A stretch of 63,657 nt of DNA, counting the filler, from Basidiobolus ranarum (Eukaryota): NCBI GenBank assembly GCA_040143965.1. It is 34 parts of 34 records of this genome, joined end to end, with 100 filler letters (N's around TTAATTAATTAA, not from the genome) between each part and the next. Parts side by side here need not be neighbours in the genome. Positions count along the whole stretch, not along the records: positions 61,890 to 63,657 come from JASJQH010011252.1; 33 more parts are not named here. One strand, written 5' to 3'. Each line of letters begins with the position of its first letter. Positions within the stretch are counted from its first letter, which is position 1. The position numbers were made by a program, and so were the translations under genes. The notes beneath the pieces were generated by a model that worked only from the letters and a program-made list of their open reading frames with translations, was not told the origin of the DNA and made no database searches. This document shows, piece after piece, positions 61,890 through 63,657 of this stretch.

Positions 61890-63657
61890 TATGCAACTTT
61901 TCCCTGTTCTCAAAAATTGGATTGAACCACTTATCAAGTTTGGAAAAATAAAATGAAAATGCTGCTGCAAGAAAAAGGACTCTGGGACAATGTTGTAGGA
62001 GAAGAAAACAATACAAATCTGTCTGAAAACAAAGTTCTACTCCAGGTTAAAAAGAACAAAGTACATTTAACACAATTTGAATTCATATTATATACAAATT
62101 GCCAATTCAATGTTCCAGAGCTAAAACTGCCAAGATGGTATGGGAAGCCTTGGAAGACACCTACCAAACAAGTTCTGCTGCTAACCAGATGTTTCTAAGA
62201 TGACAGTTCTTTAACTTCAAGATGAAGCAAGGAGAAGATATTATATCATTGAATAATAGATTTACTATTTTAGTGAATGAAATAGAATGCATTGGAGTTC
62301 CTACCACTGATCAAGATATCATAGTTACAGTCCTGAATAGCCCACCACACAAGTCTCAGAGCCTAGCAATTGCTGTAGAATCAAGAACTCAAAATATGAC
62401 CTTAAATTATGTATTTGGTGGACTTCTGGATGAAGATTTATGCATATTGGGATCCAACCAAAAGAAAGAAGAAAATGCTTTAATAAGCTATGGGAAAGCT
62501 TCCTACAAGTGCCAAAAGCACTTTAAGAAGAAAAGTAACACATTTTGTGTATACTGTAGAAGAATTGGCCATTGGGGTAAGGATTGCTTCACAAGAACGG
62601 TAAAAGAAGAAAACATACTGAATCTGGAAATGTAGTTATAACAGAAGAGCACTTGTTCATATCTGCTCTATCTATGACTATCAACAAGAATTTTCAGATG
62701 TTGTTTATTGATTCTTGAGCCTCCAAACATTTCACAAATGAAAAATTTTGGTGTGTGGATTATGAAAAAGTCCCAATTAGAACAGTTCTCATGAGAGATA
62801 ACTGTACATTGGATGCTATTGGAACGGGAACAATTCAAGTTAACCTAACTGGAGCTTCTGTAGAGAAAGTATATACTATTAAGCATGTGATACATGTTCC
62901 AGACATTGCCAAGAATTTAATATCTGTATGCTGGGCCACCACAGAAGAGCTAAAATTCAATTTTGATAAGTCAGAGAGCACCATCACTGATCTAAAAGGA
63001 AGCTATTTAGCTTTGGGAGAAAAGGCTCAGCACTTATACAAACTTACATATAAGCCAAGAGATTTATGTGTAAATACAAGTTATTCCAATTAAGAAAGTA
63101 TTCCGTTATGGCATAAGAGATTTGGCCATATTAAGTTCAATTATTTGAGCAAAATGAACAAAATCACCTATTTCTGGAATTCACATTAACCCTGCAACCA
63201 AAATGGCAATTTGTGATGGTTGTATACATGGAAAACAAGCCAGGTAACTATTCATGAGCTCTGGCTGAATTGAATCTGTCAAAAAATTGGATCTAATTTG
63301 TTCAGATTTGTGTAGACCTGTGCAAAATTTATCTTATGGCAGAAACGGGTATTTAGTCACATTTATTGGTGACTATGTAAGATACACTTGGGTGTACTAT
63401 ATGGAAAGAAAAGAAAAAGCTCTCCCTATCTTTAGAGCTTTTAAAGTACCTCTGGAGACTGAAACTGGAACTAAAAGCAGGAAAGTACTTACTGATAATG
63501 GTTGAGAATATACTTCAACACTGTGTAAGCACTTTTGCAAAGTTCATGGAATTAAGTAGGAGACTACTGCCCCTACTCATCTCAACAACCTGTATTTACG
63601 GAAAGAGCTAACAGGACTATAATAGAAATGGCAAAATATGTGATAAATGCACAAAAG
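61890..63657 (+). mobile_element. Decayed copia family A gag-protease-integrase
   Basis: CVYCRRIGHWGKDC knuckle, IDS*ASKH protease site, WHKRFGH...CDGC, SDLC, DNG*EY. Confidence 0.95.

Overview
This window is not a contiguous locus. It is an artificial concatenation of 34 short contigs (1783 bp falling to 1768 bp, sorted by length) joined by 33 identical 100-bp spacers (N44-TTAATTAATTAA-N44), so nothing can be inferred from adjacency across a spacer. The DNA is from a repeat-rich fungal genome with short GT-AG introns; a non-Dikarya lineage is possible but cannot be established here. About six contigs are CpG-normal host sequence and carry SFP1-like, RCD1/CAF40, MZM1, RPL15 and an unknown membrane-anchored gene. 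The rest are CpG-depleted, nested, decayed transposons: at least three Ty1/copia families (LTR-A, -B, -C), Ty3/gypsy elements (one with a chromodomain), and a very abundant CACTA/EnSpm (CMC)-like DNA transposon. That transposon has a transposase and a divergently transcribed unknown ORF-B, and termini beginning CCCTAAC. There is also an unclassified, probably intron-containing repeat (family Y) with a 38-aa coding repeat. The most notable signals are the two-gene CACTA-like element, a Tf1-type self-priming signature, a TSD-verified TG...TA LTR, a half-tRNA PBS, and CpG-directed decay of repeats. No new multi-gene host system can be supported.
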